Made by a program: the position numbers and the translations under genes
Shown: positions 55,440 to 63,535 of the stretch, one piece after another
Numbering within the stretch: the first letter of the stretch is position 1
Layout of the letters: each line of letters opens with the position of its first letter
The notes under the pieces: model-generated
What the model saw: only the letters and a program-made list of their open reading frames with translations
Database searches by the model: none
Told to the model about the DNA's origin: nothing
Assembly: GCA_002710015.1 (NCBI GenBank)
Contig: PAOW01000029.1
Location: forward strand, 39,009-102,543
Length of the DNA stretch: 63,535 nt
Direction of reading: 5' to 3'
Origin: Methanobacteriota archaeon
GTDB lineage: Archaea > Thermoplasmatota > Poseidoniia > Poseidoniales > Poseidoniaceae

Positions 55440-57242
55440 TTAACATACTCGACCAGATTCTTCTCCATATTCCATCATAGGAACCTGGAAGAGGTCATCG
55501 CATGTTCGTTCAACGATTGGTAAAGTAAGCGTACTTGCAGCCCAATTAACCGTAAACCATCCGGTTGCAGCAGGGCTAGGAACATAATCCTCTCCGGTAT
55601 TGGTTACAGTCAGGTGAATCGATTCTCCAGCCGAGAGGAATACATCCATTGGCATAAATTCCATCTTCGCCATTACAGTCTCGAAAGGTGTTAGTTGGAA
55701 AACACCATCTCTTCCTCCATCATAATATCTCAAATCCATAACAGCGTGGCCAAGATGGATTCCGTTATCATCTGTCATTTCGACAAACATGTGGCCATTA
55801 CGGGCATCATGGGGGGTTGCGGAAACGTGGAAAGTTGGCAAACCAGCAATATATGTGTCATTTTCAAACGGCCCGTATGTCATCATAATTGGATCGAAAC
55901 CTGGACCTATCGAGCCTGTGGGTGATTGGCTTATGTCACTAACTAGAATCTCAAGATAAGTGGTATCATCTGAAGGCCAGGCGGTTTCAAATCTCCACCC
56001 ACCTCTATTATCTTGCATTTCAACACCGAGTTCGGGTGCCTCTCCTTCTCCTTTGAGATACCAATTAAACCAATACAGCATTTCATCCGCCCAATCCCAA
56101 CGTAGTGTGTATGGGTATGCTTCCTGTCCACGTCCAACACCTTGTGAACTGTGACCAGATACACGGTCTGGATAATCATGAGCCCATTGACCGGCTAGAG
56201 TCTTAGTTTCTATACCAGCATCGGTTACTATTTGATGAGTAGGGAATGCCATGTGAGGATCGACATTCCAATCTTGCATTCCTTGAATGATGTAAATAGA
56301 GCCGTTATAGTTCTCAACAACTCTGTCCAGGAACGACCTTTCTGTCCAATATGTGTTTCCCGCATAATCGACCATCCCTCCAGTCAAATAAGCCGCTGGA
56401 CCATTGAGATATCCCTGCATGTAACCCTCACAGGCATTATCCGGATCATCAGCATCTCCATCGATTCCAAATGAGCCATACACTCCATTGTGCATGACGG
56501 CACCCCTAGCCTCCATGCTACCGTTTCTCCACATAAGCTCGTGAACTCCAATAAGTCCCGACATTGGTACAATTGTAGCAAGGTGTGGGTTCCCAAATGT
56601 TGCTGCTTGCCACGGAGTACTTCCATCATATGATTTACCAATCAGCCCAACATTTCCATTTGACCATCCCTGTGTTCCTAACCAAGTAACAGCAGCGTCT
56701 ATTCCTCTCTGTTCATCAGTGCCCATCAAATCCATACAGTGATTTGATTCACCGGTTCCAAAAACACTCACTTGTGCAACTCCAAAGCCATGTGGTACGT
56801 AATTTTCAATCAAGAATCTGCCAAGTCTTTCAGCAGGAGTTAATGCGTCAACATCGCCATCATCGTAGTATGGCCCAACCTCGGCGATTACTGGAACTTT
56901 ACAATTATCAGGTAATTCGGCTGATTCCCAGTCACATCCTTCGATAACAGGTAGCCATAGTCCAAGATGAACTGCTGCGTCCCCTGTCAGGCCAGAACCA
57001 CCGTCTGCCGCTGTAATGGTGGGGACATCGACATACACGCTTCTAACTGCATCAGTAGCATAGGTTCCGTTTTCTGTTACTCTGCTAAAGCTATCAGAGT
57101 TATCGTAAATTATGTTTGCACGGTCCCAGGGAGCAGGATATGCTGGCTCTATCTCAACATTTGTGATAACCTCATCTTCCCCGAAACAACCGGAAAACAT
57201 GGCTGGTAGTAAAACAACCAACATTAGAATTGCTTTACGCAT
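55440..57242 (-). CDS. CocE/NonD-family hydrolase / Xaa-Pro dipeptidyl-peptidase (S15), lipoprotein
   Basis: [21 protein letters not shown] lipobox-type signal, GKSYDGS nucleophile motif (GxSYxG), 600 aa. Confidence 0.75.
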   Translation of the reverse strand: MRKAILMLVVLLPAMFSGCFGEDEVITNVEIEPAYPAPWDRANIIYDNSDSFSRVTENGTYATDAVRSVYVDVPTITAADGGSGLTGDAAVHLGLWLPVIEGCDWESAELPDNCKVPVIAEVGPYYDDGDVDALTPAERLGRFLIENYVPHGFGVAQVSVFGTGESNHCMDLMGTDEQRGIDAAVTWLGTQGWSNGNVGLIGKSYDGSTPWQAATFGNPHLATIVPMSGLIGVHELMWRNGSMEARGAVMHNGVYGSFGIDGDADDPDNACEGYMQGYLNGPAAYLTGGMVDYAGNTYWTERSFLDRVVENYNGSIYIIQGMQDWNVDPHMAFPTHQIVTDAGIETKTLAGQWAHDYPDRVSGHSSQGVGRGQEAYPYTLRWDWADEMLYWFNWYLKGEGEAPELGVEMQDNRGGWRFETAWPSDDTTYLEILVSDISQSPTGSIGPGFDPIMMTYGPFENDTYIAGLPTFHVSATPHDARNGHMFVEMTDDNGIHLGHAVMDLRYYDGGRDGVFQLTPFETVMAKMEFMPMDVFLSAGESIHLTVTNTGEDYVPSPAATGWFTVNWAASTLTLPIVERTCDDLFQVPMMEYGEESGRVC

Positions 57243-57347
57243 GCCCTAAGGGCATGTTGACTTGGATTTGAGTCTATCCATTGGTCGTACGAAATTAGCG
57301 GGTCCACTAGTGGGTGGATTCATGTGCTGTGACGAGTTGGGTAATAC

Positions 57348-60300
57348 ATGCGTGGTCTGTTTGTCGCATTGATACTCCTTGTCGCCTTTGTTCCAAATAG
57401 TATTGTAACTGCCGAAACCACTAGTTGGACTGTGACAGAAGAAAACTACCAAGGAGTAGTGATTACAGAAATTTTGGTATCTCCAAGCGATGAATCTCAC
57501 AACGGAACCGACTGGAATGGGGACGGAGAGATCGGAAGGGAAAGTGACCAATACATGACTATTCAAAACTCTGGAAGTGAAATTGTCGATCTAACCAATT
57601 GGTCGGTTGATGATAAACAAAATGCAGGTAGTCCGCCTTGTGTGATTTTAAACATGACCATATCTCCTGGAGATTCGATTACTTTCTACAGAGCAGATAC
57701 GGGCATAGAATTGGATTACTTTGATGGAGATTCAGCTACATTGATTGACAATAATGGTCTGGTTCAGAGCCAATTTGAGTATCCCGGACTCGATTCTGAC
57801 TGGGACAGAACATACGTACAAGGGCCAAATTCAACCTTAGTGAAATCAGACCCTAGCCCATCATCAACTCATGGAACATGCGTGATTAGCGATACAAACG
57901 GACAGGATGACAACAACACTGGTGGAGGAGACACCTCTAGTGTTGGAATGTGGTATACAAGTAGTTCGAATTACCAAGGAGTAAAAATTTCAGAGATACT
58001 TGTCTCATCCTCAGGGGAAGATTACGGAGGCGTCGATTTAGATGGTGATGGAGAAGTATTCACAAACAGCGAGCAATATATCCAACTAACCAACGAAGGC
58101 GACTTTGAGGTTGACATATCGGACTGGACCCTAGATGACAATCCCTCTGGAGGCAGTGCTCCGTGTTCAATAGGATGGGATACAACAATAGCACCTCAAG
58201 AGAGTATTGTTTTCTATCGTTCTAAAACCCAAATCATATTCGATTATTTCGAAGATGATTATGCAATTCTCAAAGACATGTCCGGCACAATTCAGAGTTC
58301 TGTTCAATACCCTGCGAGAGATTCGTTCTATGATGAAGCATACATCATGAATGAAGACGGCACGCTTGGTAAAAGCGATGCAAATCCCGCCACTAGACAA
58401 GGAACTTGTTTCAAACAATCAGATAATTCAGAATCAAAGTATATTCTAAAAGGCAAGATTGTGACAATGGCTGGAGAAAATAATGTCATTGAGAACGGTA
58501 ACATAATGATTGAAGATGGCATGATAGCGGCAATTTGGTCGAATGGAGAAATACCCCCAATCAACACAGACGATATCACTGTCTATGATACAGAGGCTAG
58601 CATCTATCCGGGTCTAATAGATCTTCACAACCACATGCATTACAATCACATACCACTATGGGATTTTGATGTTCACTTGTCTGATTCCCAAAAGTCCGAG
58701 GAAGGTGGATATACTAATCGATACCAATGGGGTAATAATTGGGACTACGGACCGAGCATTACTTGGATGAAAAATAATGTTCAAGACTTCAACAGATGGG
58801 ATATGGCTTCGGAACAGATGAAGTATGCTGAAGCTCAAGCTGTTGCGGGAGGAGTTACCGCTGTCCAGGGCTCACCAAGTAGTGGAACTGATTCTTGGGA
58901 CAGTATGTTATCTCGCAACGTTGAGTTATACAATTTCGGACAGGATGGAATGTATACATGTGCTGTGTGTGGAGCTGCGGATGATGACTATTCAGGCCAA
59001 CATCTAATCGATAAAAGCAATGCTGGGACTCTCAACGCATGGTTCGTTCACCTCTCAGAGGGAGTGGATTCTAGCAGCAAGAGTGAATTCGATGCACTTT
59101 ATGATAAAGGACTGATTATGGATGAGACTGTGGTCATACATGGCACTGGCATGGATCAAAGTCAATTCAACAAGATGGGGCAGACCGGAGCAGGATTAGT
59201 CTGGTCACCATTTTCCAATCTAGTTCTCTATGGAGATACTACGGATGTTGTTGCTGCTGATAATGCTGGAATAACAATCTCTCTAGCACCTGATTGGGGC
59301 CCTAGCGGAACCAAGAATAATCTGCATGAACTAAAAGTCGCAGATATGTGGAATCGAGAGGTCCTGAACAACCATTTTTCAGATTATGAACTAGCACAAA
59401 TGGTAACCTCAAATGCTGCGGAAATAAGCAAATGGAGTAGCTTTGTTGGCCAAATAAAAACTGGAATGTATGCTGACTTAGTGGTTATCGATACCTTCCA
59501 TGAGAATCCATATCGTAACTTAATCGAAGCGATTGATCCAGATATCAGACTGACTGTTGTTCAAGGCAAACCAGTGTTTGGAGATATTGACCTGATGAGT
59601 GAAATGAAGGGAGACGATTGGGAATACGTCAATGGCAGTGGATTCAGTAAGGCGATAGATGTCACATCAACCACGGAAGTAGATGGAATGCAAACTTGGG
59701 AAAATATTGAGAGTGGCCTATCAATGGCAATGAAGAATAATTTCGATGACATCAAAGAACACTGGAACGACGTTCAAGGCATGAGTGATTCAGAAATCAA
59801 TGATTGGCTCGGCACCACATTTGATGGAGATTATCGAGACGGTGTTAATCACCTCAAATCAATGGACCTTGACCCAATTTATACAATAGGTGATGACCGT
59901 TTCTTCGATGTTGTAAATAGGTCAGGTCATGCAAATTACCACATTGATATGACTAAGTTATACGATTACTACGATGTCGAGTATGATGCTGAAGGAAACA
60001 GGCCATTCATACAGGATTCAAACTACAATAACAACAATAATGACACTGATAATGAGTTGAAAACCGGTTGCATGGATTCACTGGCAACAAATTATGACTC
60101 TGATGCTCAAGTCGATGATGGCTCTTGCGTATTCGATGTAATCGATGATAACCAGAATGACAACGATCAGAATATCGAGGATAGTGACACCTGCACCGGC
60201 ATATGTGATGAAGAAACTACAGATAAGACAAAATCAGATGAATCTGATCCTGTTGTTGTCTTGTCGATTGTGATGGGACTAATTTTTGCAATAGCGATTG

Positions 60301-60404
60301 CAGTAATTTACATTTCTAGGGGTGAAGATTCTTTGGTAGACAACGATGACGTGAGCGAAGAATTTGTTCCTGAATTACCACCACTAGAGCCGCCAAAGAG
60401 CTAG
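57348..60404 (+). CDS. surface-anchored protein: signal peptide, two lamin-tail (LTD)-like domains, amidohydrolase domain, Cys-bracketed NYD motif, TM anchor
   Basis: Tandem repeats NYQGVVITEILVSP...YMTIQNSG..VDLTNWSVDD and NYQGVKISEILVSS...YIQLTNEG..VDISDWTLDD are LTD-like. YPGLIDLHNHMHYNH is the metal-dependent hydrolase HxH motif. C-terminal helix VVVLSIVMGLIFAIAIAVIYI is followed by an acidic tail. Confidence 0.75.
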   Translation: MRGLFVALILLVAFVPNSIVTAETTSWTVTEENYQGVVITEILVSPSDESHNGTDWNGDGEIGRESDQYMTIQNSGSEIVDLTNWSVDDKQNAGSPPCVILNMTISPGDSITFYRADTGIELDYFDGDSATLIDNNGLVQSQFEYPGLDSDWDRTYVQGPNSTLVKSDPSPSSTHGTCVISDTNGQDDNNTGGGDTSSVGMWYTSSSNYQGVKISEILVSSSGEDYGGVDLDGDGEVFTNSEQYIQLTNEGDFEVDISDWTLDDNPSGGSAPCSIGWDTTIAPQESIVFYRSKTQIIFDYFEDDYAILKDMSGTIQSSVQYPARDSFYDEAYIMNEDGTLGKSDANPATRQGTCFKQSDNSESKYILKGKIVTMAGENNVIENGNIMIEDGMIAAIWSNGEIPPINTDDITVYDTEASIYPGLIDLHNHMHYNHIPLWDFDVHLSDSQKSEEGGYTNRYQWGNNWDYGPSITWMKNNVQDFNRWDMASEQMKYAEAQAVAGGVTAVQGSPSSGTDSWDSMLSRNVELYNFGQDGMYTCAVCGAADDDYSGQHLIDKSNAGTLNAWFVHLSEGVDSSSKSEFDALYDKGLIMDETVVIHGTGMDQSQFNKMGQTGAGLVWSPFSNLVLYGDTTDVVAADNAGITISLAPDWGPSGTKNNLHELKVADMWNREVLNNHFSDYELAQMVTSNAAEISKWSSFVGQIKTGMYADLVVIDTFHENPYRNLIEAIDPDIRLTVVQGKPVFGDIDLMSEMKGDDWEYVNGSGFSKAIDVTSTTEVDGMQTWENIESGLSMAMKNNFDDIKEHWNDVQGMSDSEINDWLGTTFDGDYRDGVNHLKSMDLDPIYTIGDDRFFDVVNRSGHANYHIDMTKLYDYYDVEYDAEGNRPFIQDSNYNNNNNDTDNELKTGCMDSLATNYDSDAQVDDGSCVFDVIDDNQNDNDQNIEDSDTCTGICDEETTDKTKSDESDPVVVLSIVMGLIFAIAIAVIYISRGEDSLVDNDDVSEEFVPELPPLEPPKS

Positions 60405-61882
60405 ACTAAGTCCCAGATTGGACCCTGGGCTGTATCGGTAACCACCACACCCATTAGGGCAAGTTCTTCCCTAATTGCGTCTGCTTTTGCCCAGTCCTTT
60501 GAGGACCTTGCTATGCTTCTTTGTTCAATCAATTCTTCAACCTTATCCGCAATCTGTGCTTTACGTGGATCTTCCTCTGGTTCGGCTAAAACCTGCTCTC
60601 TGGTTGGTAATACTCCCAACACTGATCCAGCTGTATCTTCTAGCCACTCGACACAATGAACCGCATATGCCCCAAGATCATCACCTTCCAGTGTTGATAG
60701 CATCTTGCTCATCTCACGTAATGCACCCAAAACTTTAGCACAAGCTTCTCTAGAATTGAAATCGTCATCCATCGCAACAGCAAAGCCCTGAGCCATTTTT
60801 TCTAGAAGCCCAACACTTCTGACTAGCGGAATAGCAGATTGGACATCACCATGAGGGAGAGGGGGACAATTGACGCCCATCAACTCTAGAGCTGCTTTGT
60901 AAACATCAACTAATCGCGAATGATTCTTTTGAGCATCTTTGAGTAATTGTTCATTCATATCGATAGGAGAACGATAGTGCGCATTGATTAAGGAAAATCT
61001 TAGAACAAGCGGATCTACCTTTTCTACAATATCACGGATTGTCCAAAAATTTCCAAGAGACTTACTCATCTTTTCCCCGTCAATATTGACAAACCCGTTG
61101 TGCAACCAGTGATGAACTACTGGAGAGCATCCTGTGTGACATTCTCCTTGGAATATCTCTGCCTCGTGGTGTGGAAATAGTAAATCATGTCCACCACCAT
61201 GAATATCAAATTGTGCACCGAATGAATCCATAGACATCGCTGTGCATTCGATATGCCAACCTGGCCTGCCCTCACCCCAAGGAGAGTCCCATGTTGGCTC
61301 TCCTGGTTTTGCTGATTTCCAGAGAGCGAAATCTTTGTGATCTCTTTTACCAGAACCGCTATCACCAACGCGTCCTCCTGCGCCGCTTCTAACCGCATCA
61401 ATGCTCTGACCGGTCAATTGCCCATATTTTTCTGGAGCGCTCTCAACGCTGAAGTAAACTCCATCTTCCGCAGCGTATGCGTGTCCTTTGTCGATTAAAT
61501 CAGATGTGATATCTATCATTTCATCAACAAAATCTGTACACCTTGGATACTTATCGGCTCTCAGAATATTCAAAGAATCCATATCTCTGTAATACGAATT
61601 TATGTTTTGCTCAACCAGTTCTCTCCAATCGGTTTCTGTTTCGATTGCTCTGTTGATTATCTTATCATCAATGTCCGTAAAATTCTGAACGTAGTTAACA
61701 TCATACCCGGACTTCTCTAGCCACCTGTGTATCAAATCGAATGCAAGATAACACCTAGCATGACCCAGATGACACAAATCATAGACAGTCACACCACAAA
61801 CATACATGTTTACTACGCCGGGATTCATAGTGGTGAAATCCACTTTTTCCCGCCGACGGGTATCATGTACTCTCAGAGGCAT
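60401..61882 (-). CDS. cysS: cysteinyl-tRNA synthetase
   Basis: [15 protein letters not shown] (HIGH region), KMSKSLGN, 493 aa. Confidence 0.95.
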   Translation of the reverse strand: MPLRVHDTRRREKVDFTTMNPGVVNMYVCGVTVYDLCHLGHARCYLAFDLIHRWLEKSGYDVNYVQNFTDIDDKIINRAIETETDWRELVEQNINSYYRDMDSLNILRADKYPRCTDFVDEMIDITSDLIDKGHAYAAEDGVYFSVESAPEKYGQLTGQSIDAVRSGAGGRVGDSGSGKRDHKDFALWKSAKPGEPTWDSPWGEGRPGWHIECTAMSMDSFGAQFDIHGGGHDLLFPHHEAEIFQGECHTGCSPVVHHWLHNGFVNIDGEKMSKSLGNFWTIRDIVEKVDPLVLRFSLINAHYRSPIDMNEQLLKDAQKNHSRLVDVYKAALELMGVNCPPLPHGDVQSAIPLVRSVGLLEKMAQGFAVAMDDDFNSREACAKVLGALREMSKMLSTLEGDDLGAYAVHCVEWLEDTAGSVLGVLPTREQVLAEPEEDPRKAQIADKVEELIEQRSIARSSKDWAKADAIREELALMGVVVTDTAQGPIWDLV

Positions 61883-61953
61883 CTACACCCTGCGGTAATT
61901 TACTTCTATTCAAACAATGCCATTATTCAAAGCAAGGTGGTGGATGCCCGACC

Positions 61954-62919
61954 ATGGCTGGGCTTGTTGTCGTCACTGGTGCGAACGGCCATATTGGAAA
62001 CAATCTGTGCAAGGAATTACTGGCTCATGGCTATGAAGTAAGAGGCACAGTTCGGTCTTTGGAAAAAGCACCACCTCTAGATATGGAATTTGTAGAGGCT
62101 GATGTGCTGGACCCTGATGTCTGGGAGGATGTTTTCAAGGATGCTACCGGTCTATTTCATCTTGCGACAATATATGCCACCAAAGGAGACGCACAACTGA
62201 TTCTTGATACTGCAAATATTGGGACTGAAAACGTCCTTAAAGCAGCAAGTAAATGTGGAATCGAAAGAATTGTCTACACTTCCTCTACTGCTGCTGTGGG
62301 AGCATCGCCAAAAGGAGTAATAAAAAATGAAAATAATTGGAATGATAATTTCTCTCTTCCATATTCACAGGCAAAAACTGACTCTGAAAAGAAAGCATGG
62401 CAAATAGCAGAAGAATTGAATTTAGATCTCAGAGTAATTAATCCAAGCGGCGTTCTAGGTGGTTCATTTGCCACGCCAACTCCTACCACAGAAATAATTG
62501 GAGATGCAATGAAAGGAAAATATCCAGCTGTGCCAAAAATTCCTCTTGCCTTTGTCCATGTAGATGATGTTGCAATAGCTCACAGACTTGCGTATGAAGT
62601 GGATGATGCTAGCGGGAGATACGTTCTTGCTCCCCATCAAGGAGGCAACATTCATGATTTGTTGAAAAGGGCGAGAACACTATATCCAAACCTAAAATTT
62701 CCAAGAATAGGAATTCCATTGTGGTTACTACCAGTTGTTGTTTTCCAAGACTGGATAATGAGTTTATTTTCGGGCAAAAGGTTGTTGACAAGATCTGCCG
62801 CAAAATCATTCAAGAATGGTGATTCACTCTATTCAAGCGAAAAAGCGGAAAACGAATTAGGAATCGTTTGGAAATCATACGATGATTGTATCAAAGATAC
62901 GGTGGAGGCTTACAAGTGA
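61954..62919 (+). CDS. NAD(P)-dependent SDR, dihydroflavonol/cinnamoyl-CoA-reductase-like
   Basis: VTGANGHIGNNL Rossmann motif and YSQAK (YxxxK). 321 aa. Confidence 0.85.
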   Translation: MAGLVVVTGANGHIGNNLCKELLAHGYEVRGTVRSLEKAPPLDMEFVEADVLDPDVWEDVFKDATGLFHLATIYATKGDAQLILDTANIGTENVLKAASKCGIERIVYTSSTAAVGASPKGVIKNENNWNDNFSLPYSQAKTDSEKKAWQIAEELNLDLRVINPSGVLGGSFATPTPTTEIIGDAMKGKYPAVPKIPLAFVHVDDVAIAHRLAYEVDDASGRYVLAPHQGGNIHDLLKRARTLYPNLKFPRIGIPLWLLPVVVFQDWIMSLFSGKRLLTRSAAKSFKNGDSLYSSEKAENELGIVWKSYDDCIKDTVEAYK

Positions 62920-63535
62920 ACCTAAATGCTGTAATAGCAAGATTAGGTTGGACTTTACCTGCAATTACTGTTATTCTCTCAAGCCTTACACATCTATTAC
63001 TTGGCGACAATAGGGCATTCCCATTCTTAATTTCTGAGGCAGACTACCCTGGACTACAACGCTATATTTTCACAATTGGATTCTTTTTATCCGGTATCAT
63101 TTTGATATACCTTTCATGGAAATTCTACAAATCGAACAAAGATGATACTAGATGGTACTGGATACACTTGTCGCTAATTTGTGGTATCATTGTTGGAATT
63201 AACCTCAGCATTATGGCGTTCATGAACATGTATGACCACCTCGAACTTCATATTCTTACAGCAAGCAATGTTTTCCAATTTGGCCTTGCATGGGGAATTT
63301 TGTCACATCTGGCGTTTGAGAATAGCCAAGAATGGGCAAAAAAATTGAGATACTTCTCGATTAGCTTGGGCTTTTTTTCATTTTTTATGATGCTATTAGT
63401 GTTCAATATGGGTATCCAAGAAAATCCGCAATTTATTGATAATGAGTGGGATTTGGACACATTACAACCTTACATAAACTGGGCAGCTCCATTGGAATAT
63501 ATGCTTGTAGCATCCTTCATACTGACCCTAGTTTC
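62916..63535 (+). CDS. polytopic membrane protein, 5' part only (runs off the right edge); tentatively Frag1/DRAM/Sfk1-like
   Basis: Absent from the track because no stop falls inside the window. My translation from GTG 62916 (GTGA overlap with the upstream stop) is stop-free to 63535, with at least 5 hydrophobic helices. FPFLISEADYPGLQRYIF resembles the P-(F/Y)-I-S-D..P motif of that family, but this is a weak call from memory. Confidence 0.45.
   Translation, partial: MNLNAVIARLGWTLPAITVILSSLTHLLLGDNRAFPFLISEADYPGLQRYIFTIGFFLSGIILIYLSWKFYKSNKDDTRWYWIHLSLICGIIVGINLSIMAFMNMYDHLELHILTASNVFQFGLAWGILSHLAFENSQEWAKKLRYFSISLGFFSFFMMLLVFNMGIQENPQFIDNEWDLDTLQPYINWAAPLEYMLVASFILTLV

Noticed and set aside
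57241-57313. Palindromes in the peptidase / amidohydrolase divergent spacer (ATGCCCT-A-AGGGCAT at 57241..57255; CCACTAGTGG at 57304..57313) as operator sites
   Set aside because: Arms of 7 and 5 bp are expected by chance several to dozens of times in 63 kb. The first overlaps the start codon. I could not find them repeated elsewhere in the window.
1-63535. CRISPR arrays, rRNA genes, inteins, and in-frame stops requiring selenocysteine or pyrrolysine recoding
   Set aside because: I saw no regularly spaced direct repeats and no rRNA-like stretches. The lengths of polX, ileS, cysS and hppA are normal with contiguous motifs, so there is no intein-sized insertion. All long ORFs are uninterrupted.

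Overview
Dense, AT-rich archaeal chromosomal segment with almost no gaps: about 48 protein genes and one tRNA-Glu. I found no rRNA, CRISPR array, transposase or integrase. Archaeal origin is supported by a complete archaellum operon in euryarchaeal gene order (two arlB archaellins, then arlF/G/H/I/J), a Nob1-type PIN/zinc-ribbon nuclease, a diglycine MoaD/SAMP-like protein, PolX, and a tRNA without encoded CCA. The gene content resembles marine planktonic Thermoplasmatota (Marine Group II/III-like), but that is inference only, since no search was possible. Clear housekeeping genes are ileS, cysS, nadE, hppA, nth, polX, bcp, tatA, a MacB-type ABC transporter, glutaredoxin, a NifU-like protein and SDR epimerases. 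About one third of the window (six ORFs, 7,366 codons in the supplied track) encodes giant or large cell-envelope proteins, alongside three lipobox lipoproteins and surface hydrolases. The best candidate for something new is at 29545..35966. Three translationally coupled genes sit directly on the upstream end of the archaellum operon: a small soluble protein, a 1657-aa CARDB-like repeat giant with a five-helix membrane module and an acidic cytoplasmic tail, and a leaderless coiled-coil protein with CARDB-like domains. An unrecognisable protein also occupies the ArlC/D/E slot. Other leads are a collagen-like (12 Gly-X-Y) ELWxxDGT propeller protein, a surface-anchored protein with two lamin-tail domains and an amidohydrolase, a single-chain aconitase-X co-translated with an SDR enzyme, and a 1453-aa double-FtsX permease next to surface-protein genes. 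All family calls rest on motifs I read in the translations. No database search was run, so they need HMM or BLAST confirmation.
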